Of a stretch of 64,000 nt of DNA, positions 13,301 through 25,896 are shown piece after piece. This DNA is from Albugo candida (lineage: Eukaryota): contig JBDOQK010000059.1 in the NCBI GenBank assembly GCA_040437565.1, positions 1 through 64,000 of the forward strand. Reading direction: 5' to 3'. Position numbers and translations under genes: made by a program. The notes beneath the pieces are model-generated. The model saw only the letters and a program-made list of their open reading frames with translations, did not search any database and was not told the origin of the DNA. Within the stretch, counting starts at the first letter, position 1. Each line of letters opens with the position of its first letter.

Positions 13301-13646
13301 AACCGCTGTATGTTTCGAAGTGTTTATCTGATTTCTCAATGTGTCTGAAGTATTGCGCACATCTAATGCGTTCGAATCATTAGTCCTCTGCTAGCGTATA
13401 CATCTATACGATCAAAACTAAATTTCGGCTGAGTAGTTGATTTATGAAGTGCGAGTGAAGATTCAATAGGAATGAACAAATTCAAAGAACTTTAGTCACG
13501 AGAATAGTGCTTCCACCCAACAACATTTACAATAAAGTATTGACTTGGAGTTTGCAGCACCTGATACATGAATGATTTTTCATATGTATATTAACGCAAC
13601 GTTAATGTTCAAGTCAAATATGCAGGTTTGTGGCAAATGAGACGCC

Positions 13647-16001
13647 TCACTTAAATTGGAAGAGAGGTTCAACGCACATATTTTCCCAGCGAAGAGCGCA
13701 CTGTATTGCTTCTGAAATCAAACGCTTCGCTCCGCTTTTGCTTCCCACTCCAACTTGACCACCAAGCTGAACAAAACAACCTTTTTTGCTTGCAATCGGC
13801 ACATCAATCGCATTTGCTTGATTCTGACCGGAGAGATGCGGAGTGTACTTTGTAAATACAAAACTGTACAGAGCCTTGATGTATGGCATGCGGGAATTCG
13901 GCATTGAGTCTTGTATACAGTCCTCCAGCGACTTTGTCGCCACAACAATTGTGTTCCCATCATCAGCAAAGAAGCGAAATAGAAGATAGATTGTTCTGAA
14001 TTGAAAGTCTGTATTAGGAGCCGCATTTTCTCGTAGCATCAGATAAGTATTTTCATTGATCTTTTGCAGTATCGACATGTCCGTGACCCAATTTTGTACC
14101 AAACGATATTTTTCGTACACAAGGGAAGTGTCAAATGTGCGGTCTGCAAAACCATTCAGATCTCCATTTGGAAAATGTTTGGTAAACATAAAACGGGCCT
14201 CAGTCTCGGATACTTGTCTTTGGTCTGTCCAGCCCAGGACTTTTGCAGTGTTAGGGTCATACTGCGATGCAGCAAAAGCAGCATTGTCNNNNNNNNNNNN
14301 NNNNNNNNNNNNNNNNNNNNNNNNNNNNNNNNNNNNNNNNNNNNNNNNNNNNNNNNNNNNNNNNNNNNNNNNNNNNNNNNNNNNNNNNTGTAAATACAAA
14401 ACTGTACAGAGCCTTGATGTATGGCATGCGGGAATTCGGCATTGAGTCTTGTATGCAGTCCTCCAGTGACTTTGTCGCCACAACAATTGTGTTCCCATCA
14501 TCAGCAAAGAAGCGAAATAGCAGATAGATGGTTCTGAATTGAAAGTCTGTATTAGGAGCCGCATTTTCTCGTAGCATCAGATAGGTATTTTCATTGATCT
14601 TTTGCAGTATCGACATGTCGGTGACCCAATTTTGTACCAAACGATATTTTTCGTACACAAGGGAAGTGTCAAATGTGCGGTCTGCAAAACCATTCAGATC
14701 TCCATTTGGAAAATGTTTGGTAAACATAAAACGGGCCTCAGTCTCGGATACTTGTCTTTGGTCTGTCCAGCCCAGGACTTTTGCAGTGTTAGGGTCATAC
14801 TGCGATGCAGCAAAAGCAGCATTGTCAAGCACACTTTTGAAACAAATCTCAGCCATGTCTTCGATACGTCCGAGTGGAGAGAGTCTCTCCATCACTTTTT
14901 CGAAGGAGTACTTTCGCAAGGATTTCCGGTGTATCCATCGCTCCACATTCCAATTCACCAACNNNNNNNNNNNNNNNNNNNNNNNNNNNNNNNNNNNNNN
15001 NNNNNNNNNNNNNNNNNNNNNNNNNNNNNNNNNNNNNNNNNNNNNNNNNNNNNNNNNNNNNNGTGACCCAATTTTGTACCAAACGATATTTTTCGTACAC
15101 AAGGGAAGTGTCAAATGTGCGGTCTGCAAAACCATTCAGATCTCCATTTGGAAAATGTTTGGTAAACATAAAACGGGCCTCAGTCTCGGATACTTGTCTT
15201 TGGTCTGTCCAGCCCAGGACTTTTGCAGTGTTAGGGTCATACTGCGATGCAGCAAAAGCAGCATTGTCGAGCACACTTTTGAAACACATTTCAGCCATGT
15301 CTTCGATACGTCCGAGTGGAGAGAGTCTTTCCATCACTTCTCGCAAGAGTACTTTCGCAAGGATTTCCGGAGTATCCATCGCTCCACATTCCAATTCACC
15401 AACCTTGTTACTAGCAACACTATGTAACTGAGGCTCATACAGAATGCTTTCGAGGGCACCAGAATAGTCAAGAATCAGTCTCCTTATCAGAGAAAGCTTT
15501 TTACGATACTCACGATTACCCTTTNNNNNNNNNNNNNNNNNNNNNNNNNNNNNNNNNNNNNNNNNNNNNNNNNNNNNNNNNNNNNNNNNNNNNNNNNNNN
15601 NNNNNNNNNNNNNNNNNNNNNNNNGTATCCATCGCTCCACATTCCAATTCACCAACCTTGTTACTAGCAACACTATGTAACTGAGGCTCATACAGAATGC
15701 TTTCGAGGGCACCAGAATAGTCAAGAATCAGTCTCCTTATCAGAGAAAGCTTTTTACGATACTCACGATTACCCTTTCGCAGTACCAAGATCTCTTTACA
15801 GTTTTTTTGAATTTTGCTTAGCAGACAGACAACCAGCTTTAGCTCTTGTATCTTTGAATTTCGGAGTCGGCCGCGGTAACGTTCTTGAGCTTGTCGATGT
15901 CTTATGAGTTTCGATTCTCTCTTTGCGACCTTGGAAATGATTTTTTGTAGCGTAGAATCATCCAGCAGTTCAGGTGAAATGAATAGCCAATCTGGTGCCA
16001 T
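13647..16001 (-). CDS. Oomycete bZIP-like basic region plus START-like (M96-type) protein, fragmented and repeated over three gaps
   Basis: N-terminal KLIRHRQAQERYRGRLRNSKIQELK basic/coiled region; C-terminal GWTDQRQV..FMFTKHF..ILQKINENTYLM..RWENMCV. Confidence 0.6.
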
Positions 16002-16579
16002 GTTTTTGTTCTGAATTTGCCGAAGTGCACGTAAGAATTTTCTTGATTTGTTTGTCCTCTATCGGCTTGATCAAACTTTTTCGATTTGTATCTCTAGAAT
16101 CTATCTGTTTCACTTCTGTTCTCTGTATCGTAACAATAGAACTAGTCCACTCACATTCTACTGTTACGTAAACTTCCGAAACCAGCTGCATCACATGCAA
16201 AGTCGCTTTAACCTGCGAACGTTACAATTTCTCTTTCCAATCGGATAATTTGATGCAAAGGCAATATAAATCAGGTGTTTTACAGAAATAGAAGATAGGT
16301 TTGCGGGGCTTCATTGTTTATAGAGAAGACTGCGGTTTATTGTCGTCATCATGATCTTGATTCACCACTCATTTAACGATCCTTAGAATATGATTAGGTA
16401 ATTTGTCCTCTAAGATTCAATGTAATCTACAAAAAGGATATGAGGCCTAATTCGCAGGCGGCCATGTCTCTATAGGACCCGTACAGTACAGTCGAGCGCT
16501 CGCAGGTTCGACGCTAAGACCGAATCTACACAAACTTTTCGGTAAGGATTATTGTGCACTTCACCAACTTTATAAATGT

Positions 16580-17935
16580 ATTCAACATCAAAAGTACTGC
16601 ACAAAATTCAGTTTTCTTCAGCGCTGCCAGTCTTCGGTATCATGGCTCTAGCTTTAGCCAAACGTATCTGCAAACTACTTTCATTTGAATTTCCTCCGGC
16701 ATTGGCACTTATGCAGCAACACCGCTCCAAAAATTCCACCAAAACCGCAGATAGTTTTTCTGGGCAGTTTTCTTGAATGACATGACCACTTCCATACAGC
16801 AAACGTAATTCAAACTTTCCTTGCATCTGTCCACGCGTCAACGCAGTATCCAATCGATCAAATCCTACGAAAACAGACACTCTTAGTCATATAACAACAA
16901 CCTTCTGAGTCTCTACCTGCCAATATCAGCAGTTTTCCGATTGAAAGACTAAGAAATAGATCCGAGAGCCCTTCAAACCATTCTACAAAGCACAATCAAA
17001 ACTTATATCTCATTACAACAGCACTTGCCTCTCCAGTACATAGCACTTTTCTTCAAATCAGTTCGCCATCGATAAGACCCGTCCTCATCTTTCACCACTT
17101 GTGAAGGAACTGAAATTTGAGCTGCTTCTGCGTTCCGAATCGTTCCCGATTGCAGACTTTCAGCATCCACATTCAACCCCTCACCATGTAAATCAAATCG
17201 AAATGCCGTACCTCCAGTCGATAGCTTTCTGCACTGAAGCAAATTGAGTTGGTTTATTATCCAAAATTGCATTCATATGCTGAAGGGAGGAAATCGCTGT
17301 CCCTTCCACCACATCGATCACCATCACGCCCACCAAATTACCAAGCTCGTTTCTAGCCGCAGTACGAACGGCGATAGACCCTCCCAAGCTAATTTTCGTG
17401 TAAGTCTAATATCCTCGACTTGCGCTTTTCGCCTACCTGTGGCCAACGAGAACAATGGATGCATTCTGATCAGTTGAAGTTATCATTTTAATAATCTCAA
17501 CTGCATCGGTCGTAAGTGTTTGAATCGACAAATCAGTGTCATCTTTAGTATGCGTATCGCCTGAGCATAAATCATCTGATAAATACATTCATTTTTATCT
17601 GAGCAGCTACCGTGTCCACGAAGATCAAATGCAATGATTCGGCAGCGATCCTTCAACGATCTCTGCATACATATAGTAAGAATACTCAAATAGGCGTGCA
17701 AATAATAATTCTGACAATGCACAAGCTCCAAGTGAGAGCCGTGTAGCCTGCGCCATGAATGAGCACAACAAATGGACCCTGCGTTCCGGCTTTATAGACG
17801 CAAAAGATCTTATTCAATGTAAAAATTAAAAAAGAGTGACTGAAATTGTCAGAGTGGAGCTTTATGTCGTACATTGCCACTTTCCAATTGCACATCTTCT
17901 TTTGCATCAAATGAGCTCTTCCAAAGCTCCGACAT
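16580..17935 (-). CDS. PPME1: Protein phosphatase methylesterase 1 (alpha/beta hydrolase), multi-exon (3' end approximate)
   Basis: LIHGAGYTALTW, AFDLRGHG, LGGSIAV, VIDVVEGTA, DRLDTALTRGQMQGKFEL..GHVIQE motifs. Confidence 0.9.
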
Positions 17936-17999
17936 GGAGGGGTGTACACTTTTATGTGATTCAGTAACTCTCAATTTTGGCCCACAGAACGCGATCGCA

Positions 18000-20900
18000 A
18001 TGCCAAAAATCAGCGATTTGATGCTGCAAAAATGGGCTGAAAGTGGATCAAAACAAGTGTAATCAAGTATCCATATGTTCCTCACCGTCCAGACTAATGA
18101 AGCCATTTGTAGCCGCATACACTTAGAGAAAGCTCTGCACACATTCGACGCCAATGAAGACGACATCAGCGACACAGATTCAGGTCGCAATCCTGTTTTC
18201 CTCTCTCTTTGCTGGATCCAAAATCATTTTCTCTACAGATTATTATCAGATCTCTTATGAGCTTCTAACAAGTGTCATTCGAGGACAAATAACGGCTTTA
18301 GACGTCGTTAAAGTGCTAAAAGACATTGATTTTGTACGAACGCTGTGGAGGTCGCAATCAATAGAACCAGCTAAACCTTCAATTCTCTATCTAGTCAACG
18401 CACCATCGAGCCTGTCAAGTCTTTCTCGACATTATTTGGGTCGTTAGTGAGTAGAAAATGGTCATTCTTTAGAGTGTTCCTAATCGCATCTTCAGGCAAC
18501 GAAATCGAATTGAATGAGCGTGGACACGATCGATATACGTCGCGTGAATGGCAATTTCTCAGCAGTTTTGTTAAAGCCGTTTCGGTAGAAAAGAAATGCG
18601 TTTGTGTTGACAGCTGCCAACTTTTATGATTTAGGAACACGAACTTGTACCTGCACTTGAATTGAAATCGAGCCTGGAAAATGATCTGCTGTATCATGCG
18701 GGTCTTATCAAAGATCAGCAGTCACAACACAAGAAAATGCTTCGGATCAATACGAAAACTTTGTATGCGTTCGTTGTGGCTCGAAGGTCGATCGCTGATA
18801 TGTTTTATGTAGCTATACGCAGATGAAATACAATTTACTGAGAGAAGAAAGCGAAGGATTTGCCAAAGTGCTTTGTATTTTGTACGCAAACGTAAGTTTG
18901 GAGAATTTGGACGCTATTAAAACCGATATATTTGCGCTAATCGGATACTTTCACTTGGATGCTAACCGCGTCCTTGATTTGGTTCTTGACGCTTTCGAAA
19001 AACAACCAAGAAATATGGCATACTCCGAGTTGTTACGAGGCTACAAAAGGCAGAGTATTCTACATATTATTGGGTTCAAATTTCAATTCTACAAGCGGGA
19101 AGCCAGTGAAGAAAACATCACGCCAACGTCGCTGTACACCCTTGCAGCGACGCTGATACGAGAAAAGCTGATTGACGTTGATGAGCTGATTGTGCATTTA
19201 TCGCCCAGCAAAGATGAGATTGTGAGCTATTTTCTGTCCGAAATGAAGAAAATCGAACAAACTGCCAAGAATTTTGGTAAAGTGAATCTCTCATCGAAAA
19301 CTCAAACTGTGACAACGCCTGATGGAAGCACTCAACTTGATGAAACTATGCGGAAAACAGCTCATGCGTGTCACCACCACAATCAATTTTACGGATTGCT
19401 TGCGAGTATGCTTGAAATCGAGCTCGTTCCCGAGGCTTTGGAAATCATACAATGGTTCAGAAATCGAGGTATAAAGCCGCTCATGTTCAAGCCGCTGTGT
19501 GAAGGGATTTGCAAACTTCTTCATCGCGTTCTCGATAATCTCTATCGTCCATTATCGAACCTGCACCTCGGTTTAGTGCTTCCGAATGAGACTGTCGAGC
19601 AATCAAACGATATCGAATTCGCTATTAATTCAAAGGAATTCTTATCAGAAGCTGTTCCGATACTTAAGATTCTCGGCGAGCAATTGTATTGCGACAAATT
19701 CTTATTCAATAAAGTGGTTCGAATCACGCGAGTTCAATTGGAACAAGTGGTCTCCACCATGCAAGAAAATGAGACAACAAACGACGATCTCCAAGCACTG
19801 AATAGTCTTCTGATTGAGTCTATTTTCCCATCACTTTCATTAGAGACATGTGATCCCAGCATCGCGTTCCAAATTTGGGACGTCATCAAAATACTTCCAT
19901 TCCACGCGAGATATAAAATGTATCAGCAATGGGATGCTACTTACTCGAGCACTCCAGAAATGCAGCTTGTCCGAGCCAAATGTGTCCAGGAAACCCGTCG
20001 AACAATGCGAAGACTCACAGCAGATCAAGCCAAACAATCCAGCAGAAGTGTCACACACATTGCACATTCCAATCCGATCATTGTATTTCGCACCATTTTG
20101 CGCCAAGTTCAGTCGTACGACAATCTGATTCAGCCTGCGATTGAAGCTTTCAAATTTGTCACGCCTTTGGGGATGGATGTCATATCTTTTGTACTTGTGA
20201 GCGAATTATCAAAATCACGACAATCAATGAAGGCTGATGGTACCAATGTATCTCTTTGGCTTGCGTCATTAGCGAGTTTCTCGGGAAGTTTCTATCGAAA
20301 GTATCCCAATGTCGAATTAGTAGGCCTACTTCAATATCTCATTCAGCGACTACAGAATTGGGAATCAGTCGATTTGATCGTTTTGGGTGAATTGCTCGCA
20401 AAAATGGGAAGCTGTGGGAATAATGAAGATATTTCTCAAAATCAGTTGGAAGCCCAAGCCGGAGGTCCAAATCTATGGAACGAACCGCCTGATGCCAAAC
20501 ATATGAATCGAAGAGCTGTTCCAAGACTCCGTGATGCACTTGTGAAACGCGATTTGGCTCTTCCGCTATGTATACTGATATGTCAAATGCGAGGGAAGAT
20601 TGAGCTTTCAGAAGATGAGACAAGTGGTCATTTGAAACTCCTTGGTCGACTGTACGACACATGTCAACTGACCTTGAATCAATTGCTGCAATTCCTGAAT
20701 TCAACAGTGGATCCAGCTTCGTATCAGAAGATCTTACCTTCGATCTCGACACTAGTGCAGGAGTATAACGTCTCACCTGAACTCGCAATGACAATGTGTA
20801 GGCCGGCCATTCGCTTCGATGATCCTGTGTTATGCAAAACGCCTCGATCGATCCATCTTGCAAATAACACATCGAATACGAATGGAGACGACGAGGGAAG

Positions 20901-23361
20901 TAAGAGAAGCTGGTTCATGCACTCTCCAACGGTTCTCCAAGATGTGATTCAAGCATTCTCTGGTGATGAAGCGTTTACTGGCTTGACTGTCGCCTTGTAC
21001 ACTTTGTTTTGGAGTCTCACTCTGTACGATCTCCACATTCCATTCCCCCAATATGAAACAGAAATTAATCGATTACGCACTTCCATCTCGTCACTATCGA
21101 GCCAAAGCACAAGCAACGGATCTGTTCCATTGACAAGCACTGAGCGTAAGAAACTGAAAGAGAAAACATCTCAAATGATTGATCGGCTGACAAACGAGCA
21201 AAAGGATCAAGTCACACATCGAAAACGCGTTTTGGAGCGATTGGAAGAATGCAAAATGCGGTTGTTCTCTTCCGACAATCAAAATCAGGAAGCTGTGAGT
21301 CAATTGGTGCAAAGATGTATCATTCCACGTGCGTTATTGTCACCAGAAGATGCTTTCTATTGTGCGAAATTTATGGAACGACTCCATTCCATTGATACGC
21401 CACAATTTCTATCGCTTCAGTATTACAATTTGGTCAATTTGAAGCTTCCATCGATTGTCTTTTGTATCACTGAAAGAGAAGCCGGCAATTTTGGAATTTT
21501 TTTAAAAGAGACATTTGTGGTGTTGAATCGTTGGTTCCAGAGCAAAGGCGCGTATGAGGAGCCTGTGAATGGTCGAATTGGCTTGGGTGTCGATTTACTG
21601 GACACGAATGCGTGCTTGAGTCATCGTCAGTATCGTCAAATCTATGCGCGATGGCATCGAAGCAAGGAACAAGCGTTTGGGAAAGCGCTTTCCAGCAAGG
21701 AATACATGCAAATCAGAAACACTTTGATACTTTTGACAAAGATGATTGATGTATTCCCAATTTCAAGGGGAACTGCAGACAATATTTTGGCGATCACAGA
21801 GGACCTTACAAGTGAGGAGCGAGAAGATATCAAGATTATGGCCAAACGATACCGCGCATTGCTATCGAAAAGACGAACTTTGCTGATGGAATATCAATCG
21901 TTAGCGCTTCCTGCAGTTCAGAAAAAGAAGACCGATCCTTCTACACCGATACAATCCACCACCAACAGTGATTCCGAAGGCTTTAAAGCTGTATCCGAAC
22001 CCGTCGACGAAAAACAACCACCGAGCTCGAATCGATCCAATTTGGAATCGGGTGAAATTCGACATGAGAATACAGAGTCCCGATCGAGTCGATCGTCACG
22101 TAAACCAACACTCGCGTCCAGATCGAATGATAGCGACCAACAAAGTGATCGCAGACGCTCATCGAGTCGTCACGAAGCTGGTGATATTGCTATCTCAGAG
22201 ACAGACACTTGGAAACGGGATCTATCACAAGAACATTACCATCCGAGTCGATCGCCACCAAAGACTTTTGTGGTCGAAAAAGAGCAGCGTGAGGCTTTAA
22301 AGACACGAAGAGACGATACGTTGGATGCAAATAAACGTCAGCGGACCGATATGACAGAAGCAGAGCTNNNNNNNNNNNNNNNNNNNNNNNNNNNNNNNNN
22401 NNNNNNNNNNNNNNNNNNNNNNNNNNNNNNNNNNNNNNNNNNNNNNNNNNNNNNNNNNNNNNNNNNNTCGATCGTCACGTAAACCAACACTCGCGTCCAG
22501 ATCGAATGATAGCGACCAACAAAGTGATCGCAGACGCTCATCGAGTCGTCACGAAGCTGGTGATATTGCTATCTCAGAGACAGACACTTGGAAACGGGAT
22601 CTATCACAAGAACATTACCATCCGAGTCGATCGCCACCAAAGACTTTTGTGGTCGAAAAAGAGCAGCGTGAGGCTTTAAAGACACGAAGAGACGATACGT
22701 TGGATGCAAATAAACGTCAGCGGACCGATATGACAGAAGCAGAGCTTCGACGTCAGCTCACTGAGCGAAAGCAATTGGAGCAGAAAAAAGACCCAAAAGG
22801 AATATTGAATGACGTCAATACAATCGACGCAAATAACTCCAAAACGAAGGAATCATATGCGGGAAAGAAAATCATCTCTCTTGTGCCTGGAGGCAAAAGG
22901 GAGCGCGAGTACTCGAGCGTCCGAAACGTGCGATCGGATGGCAATGGCTCGGTTCAGACTGGACCATTTCGCGATTCAAATGAAGCCAACAAACGGAAGC
23001 GAGAAAGTGTGCTTGCACGTCCTTCCACTCAGTCGCCAATACGCGATTCTATGGATCGAGCTGGAAGACCATTGGACGACAAAAAGAAGCGATTTCATTC
23101 AAAGCCGCAAAGCAACGGATCGCTTTCTATGAATCATCGCGATGACGGGTTGGTTATATCTGTAATTGTGCTATGTACTTTGCACTGATATGTAAGGATG
23201 TATATCGTAGGCGATCACTTTATGATAGTCGAAATGGATCGGATGCGTATCGAGGCTTTGGCAACCGAAAAATCGACCGATTTGAAGGGAATGAACGACC
23301 TGTTCATGGCGCTAATCGACGACGTGATTTAGATCGACGGGGAGTCGGAAATCGGCGCTGA
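18000..23361 (+). CDS. THOC2: THO complex subunit 2, multi-exon; gap with duplicated flank at 22368-22467
   Basis: KYNLLREESEGFAK, LIGYFHLDANRVLDLVL, AHSNP, QVQSYDNLI, KADGTNVSLWL, QRCIIPRALLSPEDA, EYMQIRN motifs. Confidence 0.95.
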
Positions 23362-23656
23362 GAGAAAAGCTTTAAGCAGATCATTTCTTCGTTTCTGGTC
23401 CTAATGGCGCTGTAGGGAAGAGCTGTAGATACTTGATAAATGAACCCAAAAGTTTGGATTAATCTGAAAAAGCACATGTGTGGTGGCTTCTTTGTATTTA
23501 CGCGTTGCTGAAGTGAACGAGATGACGATATTGGTAGAATGAATGCGGTTGTGATGCCTCAACAAAATATATTTGGGATACAAAGCGATAGTAATTCCAA
23601 AGAATTGGGTCACTTTGTATTGCATGGCGAACAGCGGATAGAGCCCTTTATCTAAT

Positions 23657-24050
23657 TCATAGAGCTTCTTGACCCACGAGCTTTTTTCTGTTTTCACGGA
23701 TAATGGCAGCCTCCTCCCTGTGTTCAAAATGTCACGTAAAGCGTCAAAATGAATGCTGAAATTCGTCAAACCTTGCGAAAACTCGAGAATCGGTCTCTGG
23801 CTGATTTGTAATGCCAAGATATAGCAAAATTGGCGCACCAAAGATCGCCATGTACGTCGAATATTCCCAACCTTTTCGTTCGAATATGTGTGTTCCCTGC
23901 ATTCATTGCTGAATTAAAAGACACATAGATAGGTAGATTAGAGAAAAGTACATCTTTCGTAATCATTGCTGTCTCTGGCATGGCAATATGACCCATTTTG
24001 TGATTGATGGAGAAGTATCGCGTTCCATTAAACGCTGAACGCCGCAACAT
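23657..24050 (-). CDS. NDUFB11: NADH dehydrogenase ESSS subunit (NDUFB11-like), 3 exons
   Basis: Splicing out introns 23897-23951 and 23718-23771 gives a presequence (MLRRSAF..) plus GWEYSTYMAIFGAPILLYLGITNQPETDSRVFAREEA. Confidence 0.7.
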
Positions 24051-24201
24051 TTTGAGCTATCGGTAAAATGTATTATGACAAGTTATTATAAGCCACAGGA
24101 TACTAATATGCAAGTTTATCACGGTGCACTACTGCACATTGCTGCGAGTAGTGTATATCCTGTCGGTATTAATATATTAGCAAAACGCATGTTTATCAGC
24201 A

Positions 24202-25538
24202 TCAACGAACCTTGAAGGAAGCGTTTCCTTTGATCGGATGCACCAAACTTTGATCATTATCAGAGATGCGCAACTCAGCAATATGATAATATATCGGAAT
24301 GTCAATCAGACTACGACTTTCGTTTCCTTCGTAACAGAGTACTCCTATCGTATCGTTTTTAAACGGATTACAATGTGGCCGCTCGACTGCGTATTCGCTT
24401 ATTTCTGATAGAGGTTTTGCCACACCCGGTAGAAAAGGAAGTAGTTGCTCATAGTGTTCTTTGGCTCTTGAGTGAACGAAAATCTATTCATAAATTCGAT
24501 TATCCGCATTGCAAAGAGAAGGATACTCGTTGTACCTGACACGCGATGACGGTCAAAAGCTCATTCCGCATATCAATAGAACGTCGCTTCTCAATAGCAT
24601 CCAGCTCGCCATTCATTTCCGCTGCCGAATTCAAAAGGGAGGCTTCCGCCAAAGCTGCCCGTTGAGATGCTTTTTCGTATTCGTTTGGATATTTCTTTTG
24701 ACTGCTTGCCGCTCGACTCAAGGACACGTATTCCATCAGCTACACATTGCAACCGTGTGGTCCTTGTGCGACACAAATCAGAAGTGAAACGGGGCACCTT
24801 TTGCTTCAGAAGATGCATTTGATGCTGTGTGTTTGCTGTTTGTCGTCTCAGCTCATAAATAGGCTGTAAAACTTGACCTGTTTGCATCTGTTGAGCAGGG
24901 GCGAAAATCTCGGATTGGAGCGATTGCTGTACTTCTTCCAGCCTCAATGCTCCTTGTGCAAGGGATCTAAATTGATACATCATTCAAAATCGTTAAATGG
25001 ATCGTCAAAAATCCGTCTCACTTGATCTGATCGAAATTCGGATCGGATGAAGTGCCTATGAGCGAATAAATCACTACAGAGCTCAGTGAAGGGAACAAAA
25101 AACCCCTACAATCTCTCAGTTGTACTTCGAAAAAGTGGGAGAATGCATGTGACAAATCAATGGATGCTTTATTGAGTCTTTGAGAAGATTCCTGATAACA
25201 TTTCATCGAGGTGCTTAGTTTCTCAAGCGCTTCGCTGTATTGCTGGAACCTACGACCCACTCGGCTCACTTAACGAGTGATAAACGACCTGTAACAAATG
25301 ACTACCGCTGCGTCCGGTGCATTAACATAGAATCGATATCACAATCACTTCCGACGCCCATACTTTGCAAAAATTCATCTTTTATTCTAACAATTGAAGC
25401 ATATTCTCCCAACTCAGATTGCAATTATATTCACCATAATGTACCTTTTCGAACTATCTCTAACATTTTTGATCTATATGCCACATGTATCACATGCTGC
25501 TATGGATCATAGCATTAGAAGCTTACCCATGATGTCAT
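24202..25538 (-). CDS. BAR-domain (amphiphysin-like) protein, multi-exon
   Basis: Spliced N-terminus MTSWIKNVRDSSKRIKDEFLQSMG..RFQQYSEALEKL followed by long amphipathic helices. Confidence 0.6.
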
Positions 25539-25896
25539 TGTTCTTCGCGTAGGGGGTCACTTGCTTTCAGGCTTTTTATAGGATAGCGAGTTAAATGTGT
25601 TAATTGATGCACCGGGAAGCTACCAGAAAAGATCAAACGCACCACAGAGCATGCACGGCGATCAGAGAATCGATCCTATCGATCCATACAGCTACAAAAA
25701 TCCTCTAAAATGCTATTTCCCGACTTACAAATCCCATATGTGCATACCACGTAATTTCGAATAAATATGGGTTCAACATTGTAAGCGCTCTATTAAAAGA
25801 CTCACGTTACAGCTTTACACATCGCGACGCAAAAGTTGAGCAATACATTTGCCAAGGATCATTTGATCTCTTCATATCGTGCGATAGGACACTGCA

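Noticed and set aside
10400..13600. Scattered 60-90-aa ORFs and a faint gypsy-integrase-like HPSSGH string
   Set aside because: No coherent frame or supporting motifs; a BLASTx search would be needed.
22088..22747. Internal repeat in the THO2 tail
   Set aside because: Exact duplicate either side of a gap. The same pattern occurs at the gaps near 31416, 39981, 51703 and 60710.
23401..23841. 146-aa minus-strand ORF
   Set aside because: Better explained as a shadow of the spliced NDUFB11-like gene and its 3' region.
24484..24535. GTATCCTT (U12-type donor) inside a BAR-gene intron
   Set aside because: An in-frame canonical CAG|GTAC donor lies 9 nt upstream, and there is no TCCTTAAC-type branch site.
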